From Candidatus Woesearchaeota archaeon (GTDB lineage: Archaea; Nanobdellota; Nanobdellia; Pacearchaeales; GW2011-AR1), in the NCBI GenBank assembly GCA_964606775.1, contig CAZSGW010000001.1, positions 90,002-152,714 of the forward strand: a stretch of DNA of 62,713 bases, in the 5' to 3' direction. This document shows positions 1 to 9,737 of the stretch, piece after piece. Under the pieces are notes generated by a model. It was not told the DNA's origin, did not search any database, and was given only the letters and a program-made list of their open reading frames with translations. Positions within the stretch are counted from its first letter, which is position 1, and every line of letters starts with the position of its first letter. The translations under genes were made by a program, and so were the position numbers.

Positions 1-1716
1 TTCTTGGCTAAAAACTTTAACTGAATTCTTATCGCAAATTTCAGGCAACATGTCTGACTCAGGATATTTATTAAAAAACTCCTCGCACAATTCCAAAGCA
101 CTCTCTCTCTTACCTACTGAATTAGAAAGTTCTATTTCTTTAATCAAAGCTTTCTCCCCAAAATTCTCCTCATCTTCATCTTTGATATTCGCGTAAGATT
201 GCAAAACTTCTTCGTAATCTTCAATTGCACTATCATAATTCTCATTGATTTCTTCACTATCAAAATCTTGTTCAACATTTGTCAAACCATTAACAAAAAC
301 TTTTGTCCCTCTAAATGATTTCCCTTCACCATACTCAATACCTCTAAAGTCACTCCCCTTAACCAACTTTCTTCCAAGAACATTAAACAATGCACCATAA
401 GTCTTCAAAACATTAATCCCTCCATCAACAATATCCGCTCTTGCCGCACTATCTTCTCTCTGAAGAAAACTCACAAATCTCTTTATAGATAAAATTTCTC
501 CATCATCTAATTTTTCTCCTTTATAATCTGGAAAAGAGAATAAATAAGTATTCAAATCACTAACATCTCCAGTAAAACCTTCTGTAGAAACATATCCCAA
601 ATAGACATACTTGCCTTCATCCCCTCGATACAAATAATCTCCAATCTCATAAGAACCCAAATTACCTGCGATTTCTAAGTTAACCTTTGGATTAATATTC
701 AACTCAAGCTTTTCAATACCTTCGTCAGTATTACATTTCAATTCAACTTCTTTATTAATTCCTTGTTTAGTTATCTTACTAACTTTACATCTTTCATCCA
801 AAAATTTCTGTCCTTGAGTTAATTCATAAACATCATCATTAACGCTCAATCGAACTCTTGTTTCTGGATTTTCAATTTCATCCAATCTCAATTTAAGTCC
901 ACCCAAACAATAATCAAAAGTGGGCAAATAAATTTCATTTGACAATTGTCCTTTTTGCAAAATTAAATCCGAAGTTAATTTTTTCTTTCCACTCCATCTT
1001 CCACTAGCAACCGTCTCACCCGAATAAAGAGAAACTCTTGCTGTATCTCCTTCAATACCCTCAAGTTTCAAAAATCCTCTTCCATCCCAAAAACCATATC
1101 TCTTATAACCTTCCTCCCATTCATTATCATCCAATTGAGGAAGATTATAACTCACCCTTCCAACCCCAAACGCATTTTCAATGTCGTATCTTATTGTAGC
1201 TGTTAGATTTCCTTTAACAACTTCAGGCATAGAAAATTCATCCGGATTTCTTCTTAAAACAATAACTGCATAACCCACATTACTTTCAACGGGAGTGTTC
1301 AAATCCCCCCTAGTTCCCAGAGCTGCTTGCGCAGGATGAAAACCAACTCTCGCAACATCTTTAGGATATTCACCGGTAAATCTTATTGTATCAATTGCTT
1401 CAACTTCAATCAAAGGATTCAATTTAACAGCACTAACCGGACAAAAAACTGCAACATTCTGCTCCTCCAATAAATCACTTCTAACAACAGACGGAGTACA
1501 TCCCAGAGGCTGAACCTGTAAAATAAAATCCTGGCCCGCTTCACACATCTTCTTATCATCTAAAGCAAAACCACCCCCACTAAAACCAGCAGTATAACTA
1601 AATCCTGGCATAGTATACTGCGGAGCAGAACGAACATAATTAGCAGAAACTAAAGAACCAAATAACAAAATCCCAAATATAAAAACAATTCCAATTAAAA
1701 TTTTCTTTGAACTCAT
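1..1716 (-). CDS. large secreted hypothetical protein, C-terminus cut by the window edge (at least 572 aa)
   Basis: This ORF is not in the supplied track because it has no stop inside the window. Reverse-complement reading from the ATG at 1714-1716 gives MSSKKILIGIVFIFGILLFGSLVSANYVRSAPQYTMPGF... The frame stays open to base 1 (1716 nt = 572 codons; spot-checked at 1-60, 301-360, 481-540, 841-900 and 1501-1716). The N-terminus has a hydrophobic signal or anchor. Its ATG overlaps the TGA of the upstream gene (ATGA at 1713-1716). Confidence 0.7.
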   Translation of the reverse strand, partial: MSSKKILIGIVFIFGILLFGSLVSANYVRSAPQYTMPGFSYTAGFSGGGFALDDKKMCEAGQDFILQVQPLGCTPSVVRSDLLEEQNVAVFCPVSAVKLNPLIEVEAIDTIRFTGEYPKDVARVGFHPAQAALGTRGDLNTPVESNVGYAVIVLRRNPDEFSMPEVVKGNLTATIRYDIENAFGVGRVSYNLPQLDDNEWEEGYKRYGFWDGRGFLKLEGIEGDTARVSLYSGETVASGRWSGKKKLTSDLILQKGQLSNEIYLPTFDYCLGGLKLRLDEIENPETRVRLSVNDDVYELTQGQKFLDERCKVSKITKQGINKEVELKCNTDEGIEKLELNINPKVNLEIAGNLGSYEIGDYLYRGDEGKYVYLGYVSTEGFTGDVSDLNTYLFSFPDYKGEKLDDGEILSIKRFVSFLQREDSAARADIVDGGINVLKTYGALFNVLGRKLVKGSDFRGIEYGEGKSFRGTKVFVNGLTNVEQDFDSEEINENYDSAIEDYEEVLQSYANIKDEDEENFGEKALIKEIELSNSVGKRESALELCEEFFNKYPESDMLPEICDKNSVKVFSQE

Positions 1717-3527
1717 TTGAAATAAATATCCACCGGTTTATTTTCAAACAAAATATAATTATCTTGTAAATCGTCCAAGCTATTAATGTCTGGAAGAGAC
1801 TCAACATTCAACTCAATAATGCTAGAAGAACTCAATTCAGAATCAACAAAGTAATCACTACTCTCTCCTCCGCCAACTAAAACATCAGAAATAACTTGAG
1901 AAGGAACTTCAATATCAATACATTCTTCCTTAGTCAACCCTAAAGCACCACCAATTCCTGAACGAGGAACTTGAACACACTGCTCTCCCGAGAAAGAATC
2001 CAACTCTAAAGAAGCCTCGTCGTAAATATAAACAGAAACATTATATGCTCCAGCACCTAACTTAACTTTGTCATTCTCGGGATAAACAACTGTCTCACTA
2101 TTATCCTCGGAAACAAAATAAATAATCGCTCTTTTATCATAAGAAATAGAATCAACTTTCAATTCCAAATCCAACTCATACAATCTATCCATAATCAATT
2201 CAACGCTATCCTCCTCAGTAACTGAATAAATTTTTTCTCTATCCTCAAAGCCTTCTGCCTTAGCAATTATTCTTCCATTAACACACTGAGGAAAATTCGC
2301 AACTAAAGGACTTTCTCCAATATAGCATCTCTCTCCAAAACATTCATAATAAACATCTGCCTTAACTCGATTATAATTATTGTCATAAGTATTAACTTGA
2401 AGTTCAGTATTCTTATATTCACACATCTCAGAAGATTCAAAACTTTCCAAGCTTCCATTTAGAGCTTTCCGAGGATTATTCCCAGAGATAATTACCGCCA
2501 TAGGAAATTGAAATGTTTCATCTCCCTCAGAAACTTGAACCAAAACAGGATATTTAACATCATAAACAAAATGATACGGAACATAACAAAAACCAATTAT
2601 TCCTAAACCAGGTTGATTGCCCACTGGCTCAGACATCATAATAGCATTATCAGAAGGAGTAACCTCAAATGTTTTAGGCCAATTTTTAGAAGTCAAAAAA
2701 TTAACCTCCTCGTCAACAGGAAGTTCAACATTAAAATAATCATCGTTTCCAGAATTTTTCAGAGAAAGAGTATTAACCTCAATCCCTTCTTCCAATTCAT
2801 TAAAAACATCCTCGGCATTCCAGATTATTGGAGAACAATTAAATTCAACTCCATCTACGGGAGCATAAAGATGCAAAACATCTAAAGCATAATTTTCTAA
2901 GAACAATTCCTCCTGCTCATATTCATAAATTTCCTTCGCAGAATCATAAAGACTTCCTAAATTAGATGCAATAGAAACTCTATGGTCACTTACCACAGCA
3001 CTATTTTCCAAATAATTCATACTTAACTCCATGTCCAAATCAACAACAACCTCGTCGTTCTTTATATTAACATCTCCAATAGGAAAATCCATAGCAATTT
3101 CATAGCCCTGTTCAGAATAAGAACTTAAATCACAATTTCGAATATTGTCCTCAATATAAGACTCTAAATCTTCTTCCATATCTTCTTCCGAAGGAACATT
3201 TTCTCTTTCAATATTATTTCCAGAAACATAATACCAGTAAGGAATGGGATTTCCTAAAAAATCCAGATGAGACGAAAAAGGCATATGGCTAGAACCAGAT
3301 TCAAACTCCGGCTGTTCAATATACCCTCCCTGGGAAGATAAAACTGAGATACCTACTTCAGTCTCTTCCTCTAAACAACTCAAAAAAGCTGTACGAACCG
3401 GATCAAAATTCGAAGGAATTTGCTCCTGACTAAGTTGTTCTCTAAACACAAAATAACCTGCAACACTCGCTACAATCAAAATTGCTACAATAATAAAAAT
3501 TGTAAGCTGTCCCCTCTTATTTACCAT
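1713..3527 (-). CDS. class III (prepilin-type) signal-peptide protein with a large globular region
   Basis: 604 aa. The N-terminus MVNKRGQ-LTIFIIVAILIVASVAGYF shows basic residues, then G-Q, then a hydrophobic helix, which is the archaeal PibD/FlaK substrate pattern. The first ~160 aa align by eye with ORF 7086-7817. It is translationally coupled to the next gene. Confidence 0.7.
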   Translation of the reverse strand: MVNKRGQLTIFIIVAILIVASVAGYFVFREQLSQEQIPSNFDPVRTAFLSCLEEETEVGISVLSSQGGYIEQPEFESGSSHMPFSSHLDFLGNPIPYWYYVSGNNIERENVPSEEDMEEDLESYIEDNIRNCDLSSYSEQGYEIAMDFPIGDVNIKNDEVVVDLDMELSMNYLENSAVVSDHRVSIASNLGSLYDSAKEIYEYEQEELFLENYALDVLHLYAPVDGVEFNCSPIIWNAEDVFNELEEGIEVNTLSLKNSGNDDYFNVELPVDEEVNFLTSKNWPKTFEVTPSDNAIMMSEPVGNQPGLGIIGFCYVPYHFVYDVKYPVLVQVSEGDETFQFPMAVIISGNNPRKALNGSLESFESSEMCEYKNTELQVNTYDNNYNRVKADVYYECFGERCYIGESPLVANFPQCVNGRIIAKAEGFEDREKIYSVTEEDSVELIMDRLYELDLELKVDSISYDKRAIIYFVSEDNSETVVYPENDKVKLGAGAYNVSVYIYDEASLELDSFSGEQCVQVPRSGIGGALGLTKEECIDIEVPSQVISDVLVGGGESSDYFVDSELSSSSIIELNVESLPDINSLDDLQDNYILFENKPVDIYFK

Positions 3528-3747
3528 ATTAATTAATCTCTTTTTTATAAAGAATACACGAAAATTTCATATATAAATTTAATTAAAATAAAAAGTCTGT
3601 TAAAAATATTTTAATCCAACAAACTCACAAAAATTTTTGAATTTACTAAAAATTCTAACAAAATGAGCAAAAAATACCACAATAATGTAACCCCTAAAAA
3701 ATGACAAGAAAACAACAAATTTATAAATACCAAAAACATCCAAAAAC

Positions 3748-4947
3748 ATGGGAAAAGGAATTTCAAACTCACTCAAAGCAATAGCAATCTCAGCTCCATT
3801 AATTTTAACAAATCCATTAAAAGGACAAGAACCAGGAGATACAACAATAACTCATTTAATGAACAAAGTAACTTCAAAAACAACACCCTTCAACGCAAGA
3901 AGAATAAGAAAATTCAATTACAATAAAGCAATAAAAGAAGCTGAAACAACCATTCAAAAAGATTCTCTAATAAAAGATACTTACACAAAAGAAGAAGCAC
4001 TAAAATTGATAAAGAAAGTAGATTCTATTGTGGTTCCAAAATTAAACCTTCACTACTACCAAGGTGGGAAGGGTTGGCTAAATCCTCCAAAAGAAGAATC
4101 TGACTCATGTATGGTAATAACTAAAGCACATATGGGAATTTATGATGCTTTAAATGTTCCAAATGTAAAAGCTACAATAACAAACAGACATCACATAACA
4201 ATAAGATGGGACGCAAATAATGACGGACACGATGCCTCAAATCCCTCGGCTCCAGAAAACAAGGGAGACTTTAATTGGGATGTACTATCAAAAAAAATAA
4301 TTCCAGACTCAACATACATAAAAGAACAAAACACACATCCTAAATCAATAGAAAACGGATGTTACCTCTCAAATTTAGATGAAAATCAACTACTTAGTCT
4401 TGCATACTGGAGAAACGGAAGAAACCTCTACCTAATACAAGAAGAATTTTCTGGTTATCCTCATCCTGAAAACCCCGATAGTCTAAGACAAGTAAATAAA
4501 AAAAAGGCAATACAAGAATTAAACAAATCTCTTGCACTAAATAAAAAATTCCCTTTAACACATTATCATCGAGGATTAACAAACATTGTTTTAAAAAATT
4601 ACGAAGAAGCAATTGAAGATTTCTCAAAAACGCTAGAACTAGATTCTCTAATGATAAATGCTTATGTTGGACTCACAGACGCACTGGCAAAAAAAGGAGA
4701 ATATAAAAAAGCAATAGAAAATGCAAAGAAAGCACGAAAATCCGGAACAAATCTATCTGAAGTTTATTTTCACGAAGGAGAAAGTTATTTTGGGTTGGGA
4801 GAATACAAAAAAGCATGGGCTTGTTACGATATATACAGAAAAAAAATTCCACCTCACTGGCTAGAAAAATACAGAAATCCAAAGAATGCAAGAAGGATAA
4901 AGATTGCCGAAGAAAAAACAGAAATAATTAACGCCAAGCTAAAATAA
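3748..4947 (+). CDS. secreted TPR-repeat protein
   Basis: 399 aa with a hydrophobic N-terminus. The C-terminal third shows TPR-like repeats (HYHRGLTNIVLKNYEEAIEDFSKTLELD, INAYVGLTDALAKKGEYKKAIENAKKA, VYFHEGESYFGLGEYKKAWACYDIY). Confidence 0.6.
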   Translation: MGKGISNSLKAIAISAPLILTNPLKGQEPGDTTITHLMNKVTSKTTPFNARRIRKFNYNKAIKEAETTIQKDSLIKDTYTKEEALKLIKKVDSIVVPKLNLHYYQGGKGWLNPPKEESDSCMVITKAHMGIYDALNVPNVKATITNRHHITIRWDANNDGHDASNPSAPENKGDFNWDVLSKKIIPDSTYIKEQNTHPKSIENGCYLSNLDENQLLSLAYWRNGRNLYLIQEEFSGYPHPENPDSLRQVNKKKAIQELNKSLALNKKFPLTHYHRGLTNIVLKNYEEAIEDFSKTLELDSLMINAYVGLTDALAKKGEYKKAIENAKKARKSGTNLSEVYFHEGESYFGLGEYKKAWACYDIYRKKIPPHWLEKYRNPKNARRIKIAEEKTEIINAKLK

Positions 4948-4948
4948 A

Positions 4949-7084
4949 TTAAGGTTTTCTATTAAAATCACCCAACAAACTCGTCGGAGGAATGTAACTT
5001 TCATATGTTGCTACTTCAACACCTGGAATAATTTTATGATAATTTACAAAATAATCATTAAAAGAAATTCCCATTTCATTCGCCTTTTTTTGAATAAACG
5101 CCCTTTCCTTAATTCCCAACAAACTAGTTCCAGCATCAGCACCCTTCAAATTTAATCCTTGCTGTTTCAAAGAATTCCTGAAAACTTGTATATTTTTCAA
5201 ATCATTATTATAAGAATCATAATCGTATCCCTGAGGAACTTTACCTAAATTCTCTTGAATAACAAGATTAGCTTGCTGTGGAGAAAGAGAAGGTAACGAA
5301 TTCAACCCATATTCTGTAGCTAAATTATCTTTCAACTGCTGTATTTGAGCCTCCTTCTGAACATCAGTCAAAGAAGGATCACTAGATATGCCCTGAATGC
5401 CAACCTGCAATTCATCAAAAACATCTCTTCCTTTTCCTTCAAACTCAGGAGTTAAAGCAAAAGTATTTTCCAATTCATTAGCCATATGTGGCTGAAGAAG
5501 ATTAACATTTTTTCCTGCATTCTTAAAAGCCCCTACTTCTCCAACAAAATTTTGATTATCAATCATGTCCACAAGATTAGAACCAACTTTCAATTCTTTC
5601 GCAAAGGGGTCAGTAATATCCTTAAAGGGAAACTCGTTCACAAACTTATCTAAGCTCTCATGTTCATCGCCCAAAACATCAATCAAGGATATTGAACCGA
5701 TAGTCTTCTCTCTCGCATAATAAGCCCTATCTCTATTCTTCGTAAACAAAGTAGCTATTTTATCATTATCCAATTCACTTACAACAATCATTGGAACTAT
5801 TCCTTTTCTCTCGCCCTCTGGAATACCCACATCTAAAGCATTAGAAAGTCTCAACTCAGATTTATCTGAAATACTGGTAAGTTGCTTTCCATCCTGTCCA
5901 ATAGTTGTAAAACCTTTAGTTCTCAAAATAGGAAGTGAATTTTTATCGTTCTCTAATGGCTTAGGCGAAATCAACTCAAAAGACGCATCCGATTGGGAAA
6001 AGGTGGGAGCAAGAGCAAAATAATCATTTTTTTCCATAAATTCTCCTAGATAAGGATTCCCAGGGAAAAATTCAACATCACAAACTCTTCCTCCTCCTGA
6101 AGAACTTCCCATCTTAAAACTATCCATTCCAAAATTAATGAAATCTGATTCTTGAATTTCCTCCTCTCCAAAAAATAGAAAAGTATTCGCAGTTCCCTGA
6201 GAAAGTTTAACCTTATTACTAAAATCTAAATCTCCTTTTGGGGGAAGAAACATTCTACTATCACTAGAAGCAAGAGACCCATTAAAAGAAAGCCCTCCAT
6301 TAAAAATACCTCCAGTTAACTCCTTAGAAAGTTTAATATTATTTCCTTCCATAAGAAAATCCGCCTGAACTTTACCTCCCCTATATTCCACGAAAGAGTC
6401 CACTCCCTCGTAACTAGGCAAACTAGAAATTTCCGAATTCTCAGGAAGATTCCAAATACCTCCACTTGCACTCAAAGTAGAATCTTCAGGAATTTTGAAC
6501 TTCCCCCCAAGATAATCAAAATTAGCTCCACCTTCGCCTGCAACAATTTCCAAATTTCTAATCTTATCTCCTTGAAATTCAACATCAAAAGTAGAATCTG
6601 GATCAACATTGTCAAAAGTCAATGTCTTTTCCCCGACAGTTCCAGGATAATTTAAAGATAAAGAATTCTCTTCAAAAATAATTGAAGACTCTGCAGGAAC
6701 ATTCGTTAAAACCTTCTCTCCTTCAAATTCAAAATTCTCTGGAGTCGAAGGCGTAGAAAACTTTCCAGAAAGAACATTTCCCTCAGAATCTAATTTAACA
6801 TATGAATCTTCAGAAGATAAATCAAAATCAGATTTGCCCAACCTCATTCCAAAATCCGCATCATCACCTAATCCCGAAGCTGGTGAAAGAATTGTGTTTC
6901 CATCCTCGTCAACTTGAACATTAAGATTCTCTACCTCCAAATCTTCAATACCAGTCTGAGTAGCAATATCAATAGAGGAATCTCCCACAAAATCTTCATT
7001 CAAAAGGTCCTCTCCCTGAATAAAGACAAAAGACAAATTAAAAACTAGTAAAATTCCAATGACTACAAAAATTCCTTTTCTCAT
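4949..7084 (-). CDS. large secreted hypothetical protein
   Basis: 711 aa with an N-terminal signal-like MRKGIFVVIGILLVFNLSFVFIQG. It starts 1 nt after the stop of the pilin-like gene 7086-7817. I recognise no family. Confidence 0.65.
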   Translation of the reverse strand: MRKGIFVVIGILLVFNLSFVFIQGEDLLNEDFVGDSSIDIATQTGIEDLEVENLNVQVDEDGNTILSPASGLGDDADFGMRLGKSDFDLSSEDSYVKLDSEGNVLSGKFSTPSTPENFEFEGEKVLTNVPAESSIIFEENSLSLNYPGTVGEKTLTFDNVDPDSTFDVEFQGDKIRNLEIVAGEGGANFDYLGGKFKIPEDSTLSASGGIWNLPENSEISSLPSYEGVDSFVEYRGGKVQADFLMEGNNIKLSKELTGGIFNGGLSFNGSLASSDSRMFLPPKGDLDFSNKVKLSQGTANTFLFFGEEEIQESDFINFGMDSFKMGSSSGGGRVCDVEFFPGNPYLGEFMEKNDYFALAPTFSQSDASFELISPKPLENDKNSLPILRTKGFTTIGQDGKQLTSISDKSELRLSNALDVGIPEGERKGIVPMIVVSELDNDKIATLFTKNRDRAYYAREKTIGSISLIDVLGDEHESLDKFVNEFPFKDITDPFAKELKVGSNLVDMIDNQNFVGEVGAFKNAGKNVNLLQPHMANELENTFALTPEFEGKGRDVFDELQVGIQGISSDPSLTDVQKEAQIQQLKDNLATEYGLNSLPSLSPQQANLVIQENLGKVPQGYDYDSYNNDLKNIQVFRNSLKQQGLNLKGADAGTSLLGIKERAFIQKKANEMGISFNDYFVNYHKIIPGVEVATYESYIPPTSLLGDFNRKP

Positions 7085-7085
7085 T

Positions 7086-7817
7086 TTAATTTTTTATCGA
7101 AAATAAATAATTTAATTCATCTTCATTCAAAACTGAATTAGGATCTTCAATTGTAAAAATTGAAGTATCTTCGTCATAATAATTAATGAAAACATATAAA
7201 TCTTGTTGTTCTGTAATATCTATTAAACAGTCAATACAAATAGCTTCATCTCCAGATTGAATTTCCTGGGCAACAAACTGAGAGACAGAATCATAAACCA
7301 AACCTAATCTAATTGGAATATTATATTCAAAATCTTTCGTCTGTGAAACCAAATCTCCCTTCTCAATAGTTAAAGGATATTCCAAATCTATCTTAACTTC
7401 TTCATCCAAAATCTCCACATTTACCGAAGGTTGCTTTTCAACAATATCATACTCTGTAAAACTACTAAATTCATTAACGCAAAATTCAGTTTGAGCTACA
7501 ACATTTTTAGCTATCTCATCACCAATTTCTTGTTTGGTGGGCATTTTATTTTCTCCTTCATAAATATAATATGGAACCTGCAAAAGAGGTGTTGAGAACT
7601 CGCTAGGAGGATAGTAACCTCCATTTTCCGAAACTCGATAAACATAAACATCTGAAACATCTTCAAAACATTCTTGGACATAATTTCTTATAACCGAAAC
7701 CTCAGGAGAATATTCTTTCTCAACAACACCTCCTCTCAAAGAAAAAAATAATACAACTCCTGCTACAATCAAAATTGCAACAATAATAAAAATGGTAACC
7801 TGTCCTCTTTTATACAT
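7086..7817 (-). CDS. class III (prepilin-type) signal-peptide protein, paralog of 1713-3527
   Basis: 243 aa. The N-terminus MYKRGQ-VTIFIIVAILIVAGVVLFF is nearly identical to that of 1713-3527. Downstream positions are also shared (C.E, GGY, P.EF, P.Y.Y, a second Cys, V.I.D.EV..DL). Confidence 0.7.
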   Translation of the reverse strand: MYKRGQVTIFIIVAILIVAGVVLFFSLRGGVVEKEYSPEVSVIRNYVQECFEDVSDVYVYRVSENGGYYPPSEFSTPLLQVPYYIYEGENKMPTKQEIGDEIAKNVVAQTEFCVNEFSSFTEYDIVEKQPSVNVEILDEEVKIDLEYPLTIEKGDLVSQTKDFEYNIPIRLGLVYDSVSQFVAQEIQSGDEAICIDCLIDITEQQDLYVFINYYDEDTSIFTIEDPNSVLNEDELNYLFSIKN

Positions 7818-7876
7818 AAATAAAAGAAAAAAAATTAATATATAAATTTAACTAAATTATAGCAAAAATAAAAAAT

Positions 7877-8059
7877 TCAATGTTTGCCCACACCGATGTA
7901 CTTCAGTCCGGAAATCAAAACAAGAATTCCTCCAGTTAATACAAACCAGTTATTCAAAAATCTCATGAAATCCGGAATTGGAATCAACCCTGCAACCATG
8001 TTGAATAACCAAATTGCAACAACTAAATAAAAAATAAACAAAGCTTTTTGTTTTTTCAT
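7877..8059 (-). CDS. small 2-TM membrane protein
   Basis: 60 aa with two hydrophobic segments. It is a tandem paralog of 8056-8262 (shared pattern P.F...L..W..L.GG.L.I.....F) and overlaps it by 4 nt. Confidence 0.5.
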   Translation of the reverse strand: MKKQKALFIFYLVVAIWLFNMVAGLIPIPDFMRFLNNWFVLTGGILVLISGLKYIGVGKH

Positions 8060-8262
8060 TGCAATAGCGATTTACTCCTCCTTTTAACTCTAAAAAATTT
8101 AAAACTTCCAAAAATTATTAACAAACCTCCAACGAGAGAAATCCATTTATCTAAACCTTCAACAAAATTCGGAACCTCTACAAAAAAGAAAGCCGAATTA
8201 ATAAAATACAATCCAAAGAAAACATACAAAATGAACCAAGCAAACTTCCACCTTTTTCTCAT
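8056..8262 (-). CDS. small 2-TM membrane protein
   Basis: 68 aa, paralogous to 7877-8059. The competing + strand ORF 8048-8290 is a low-complexity shadow. Confidence 0.5.
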   Translation of the reverse strand: MRKRWKFAWFILYVFFGLYFINSAFFFVEVPNFVEGLDKWISLVGGLLIIFGSFKFFRVKRRSKSLLQ

Positions 8263-8304
8263 AAATAAAAAATATAAAACAATTATTTAAATATTGCTAA
8301 AACA

Positions 8305-8376
8305 AGCCTGTAGAGGGATTCGAACCCCCGACCTATTGCTTACAAGGCAACCGCTCTGCCACTGAGCTATACAGGC
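8305..8376 (-). tRNA. tRNA-Thr (anticodon UGU)
   Basis: The reverse complement folds as a cloverleaf: GCCTGTA-TA-GCTC-AGTGGCA-GAGC-G-GTTGC-CTTGTAA-GCAAT-AGGTC-GGGGG-TTCGAAT-CCCTC-TACAGGC. The acceptor stem is perfect and a TTCGAAT T-loop is present. The anticodon loop CT-TGT-AA gives UGU. It forms a GC-rich island in AT-rich DNA. No CCA is encoded. Confidence 0.9.
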
Positions 8377-8409
8377 ACAAAAATGAATAGAATTAACGCT
8401 TTAAAAGAT

Positions 8410-8970
8410 TTATTCTTTCTTAACTTCTTCCGTCTCAATATCTTCAACAACCTTAATTCTTCGAACCTCACAAAGAGACAAAGGATAAACCTTTTTCAAT
8501 TTCAAACTAATTTCTTTTTGCAATTTATTCCTTAAAATATCATCAAAAACTTCTTCATAACCTTTTGATTCAATATAATTTCCAAGTTCCTCTCTAACTT
8601 TTTCTCTCAATGCTTTTCTAACAACCCTTGAAACCTTTTTTCTTGTTATCAAGAAGGGTTTTATTTCTAATTTAGCATCCTTACAATCTGCAACAAAAGA
8701 ATCCTCAACATAATTAGTTCCTTTTCTAATCATTCTCTTTATGTAAACTGGCAGAATCTTTAATCCTCGAGGAGTAGAAGTAAGTTCATCCCCCTTAAGA
8801 AGAGTTTTCAACTGAAGAATGATATTCTTACCTTTGAGAATTCTTGTCAAATCATAGGTGATAAATTTATTGTCCAGTTCCTTCGGCTCAAAAGCTAACA
8901 AATTTGTAGTCTTATTGATTATCGGAATTTCCACATCAAAAAATCTTTTTTTCTTTTTTGCTATTGCCAT
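8410..8970 (-). CDS. rps3ae: 30S ribosomal protein S3Ae (eS1)
   Basis: 186 aa. MAIAKKKKRFFDVEIPIINK...ITYDLTRILKGKN...KVYPLSLCEVRRIKVVE matches the S3Ae pattern (KKKW.DV.AP start, IYP...E.RK.K end). Confidence 0.85.
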   Translation of the reverse strand: MAIAKKKKRFFDVEIPIINKTTNLLAFEPKELDNKFITYDLTRILKGKNIILQLKTLLKGDELTSTPRGLKILPVYIKRMIRKGTNYVEDSFVADCKDAKLEIKPFLITRKKVSRVVRKALREKVREELGNYIESKGYEEVFDDILRNKLQKEISLKLKKVYPLSLCEVRRIKVVEDIETEEVKKE

Positions 8971-8971
8971 T

Positions 8972-9283
8972 TTATTCTTGTACCTGTTTACCTGCCCTTA
9001 TACCTTTCTTTTGATAATGTGATTTCCCACACACTCCACAAGAGTACATAATATTTGTTTTTTTAGTTGTTTTTGTTTTTCTTTTAAACTTCGTAACCGC
9101 AGGTTTTGAACCCCACTTTCCTTTATTTCCAATTCCTCTACCAAGACCCCTAGATTTTGCTCTTGAAATAGAACCTCGAGTTAAAGTACCTCTCTTAGCT
9201 CCAGTACTAACTAATTTAATTTTATGTTCCGTTTTCTTCTTACAACTCGGACAATATCTATTTGTCTTTTTCGGAATCTTCAT
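8972..9283 (-). CDS. rpl44e: 50S ribosomal protein L44e (eL42)
   Basis: 103 aa, very basic. There are two Cys pairs (RYCPSCKKKTEHK and CGVCGKSHYQKKGIR), as in the L44e zinc-ribbon protein. Confidence 0.8.
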   Translation of the reverse strand: MKIPKKTNRYCPSCKKKTEHKIKLVSTGAKRGTLTRGSISRAKSRGLGRGIGNKGKWGSKPAVTKFKRKTKTTKKTNIMYSCGVCGKSHYQKKGIRAGKQVQE

Positions 9284-9333
9284 GATTTCATTAGATATTT
9301 TTGCTTTTTAAAACTTTTGAAAAACCTTTTAAA

Positions 9334-9355
9334 TTATGTTACTTTAGTAACATAA
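9334..9355. promoter_or_regulatory. perfect 10-2-10 palindrome just upstream of ORF 9357
   Basis: TTATGTTACT-TT-AGTAACATAA read directly. It ends 1 nt before the ATG at 9357 and lies just downstream of a TTTTAAATT TATA-like box (9327-9335). Confidence 0.5.
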
Positions 9356-9356
9356 A

Positions 9357-9737
9357 ATGAAATTAAATATCAAAACTCTCGGAATAGAATTCACATTCGA
9401 TTGCAATCTGAAAGGGTCAAAAAAAGTCAATTTTTTTAGAGAACTCTACGGATGCAAAAGAATATCTCACGGAGGAAAATACGTATACATAAAAGACGGG
9501 ATTCTTTCAAACATGAAATATCTAAAACCAACCCGTTCAACAATAATCCTCTCTATAAAAGATGCAAAAACCCTGAGAAAATTTTTCAAAAAAAATAAAA
9601 TAAATTTTAACGAAAAAATAATCTTCCTAAATAAAACCGAGTCAAAAGAACTCAACCTAGAGTTTCCGAATAATCTAGAAAAAATATATGAAGAACTGAA
9701 AGGAAACGAAAACCTAATGTTTAGTCTGGATATTTAA
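9357..9737 (+). CDS. hypothetical protein
   Basis: 126 aa ORF. No family recognised. Confidence 0.5.
   Translation: MKLNIKTLGIEFTFDCNLKGSKKVNFFRELYGCKRISHGGKYVYIKDGILSNMKYLKPTRSTIILSIKDAKTLRKFFKKNKINFNEKIIFLNKTESKELNLEFPNNLEKIYEELKGNENLMFSLDI

Noticed and set aside
2613-2885. 90-aa plus-strand ORF inside 1713-3527, and similar ones at 4394-4627 and 4673-4891 (-) inside the TPR gene.
   Set aside because: They are embedded antisense in much longer ORFs and have I/F/N/R-rich shadow composition.
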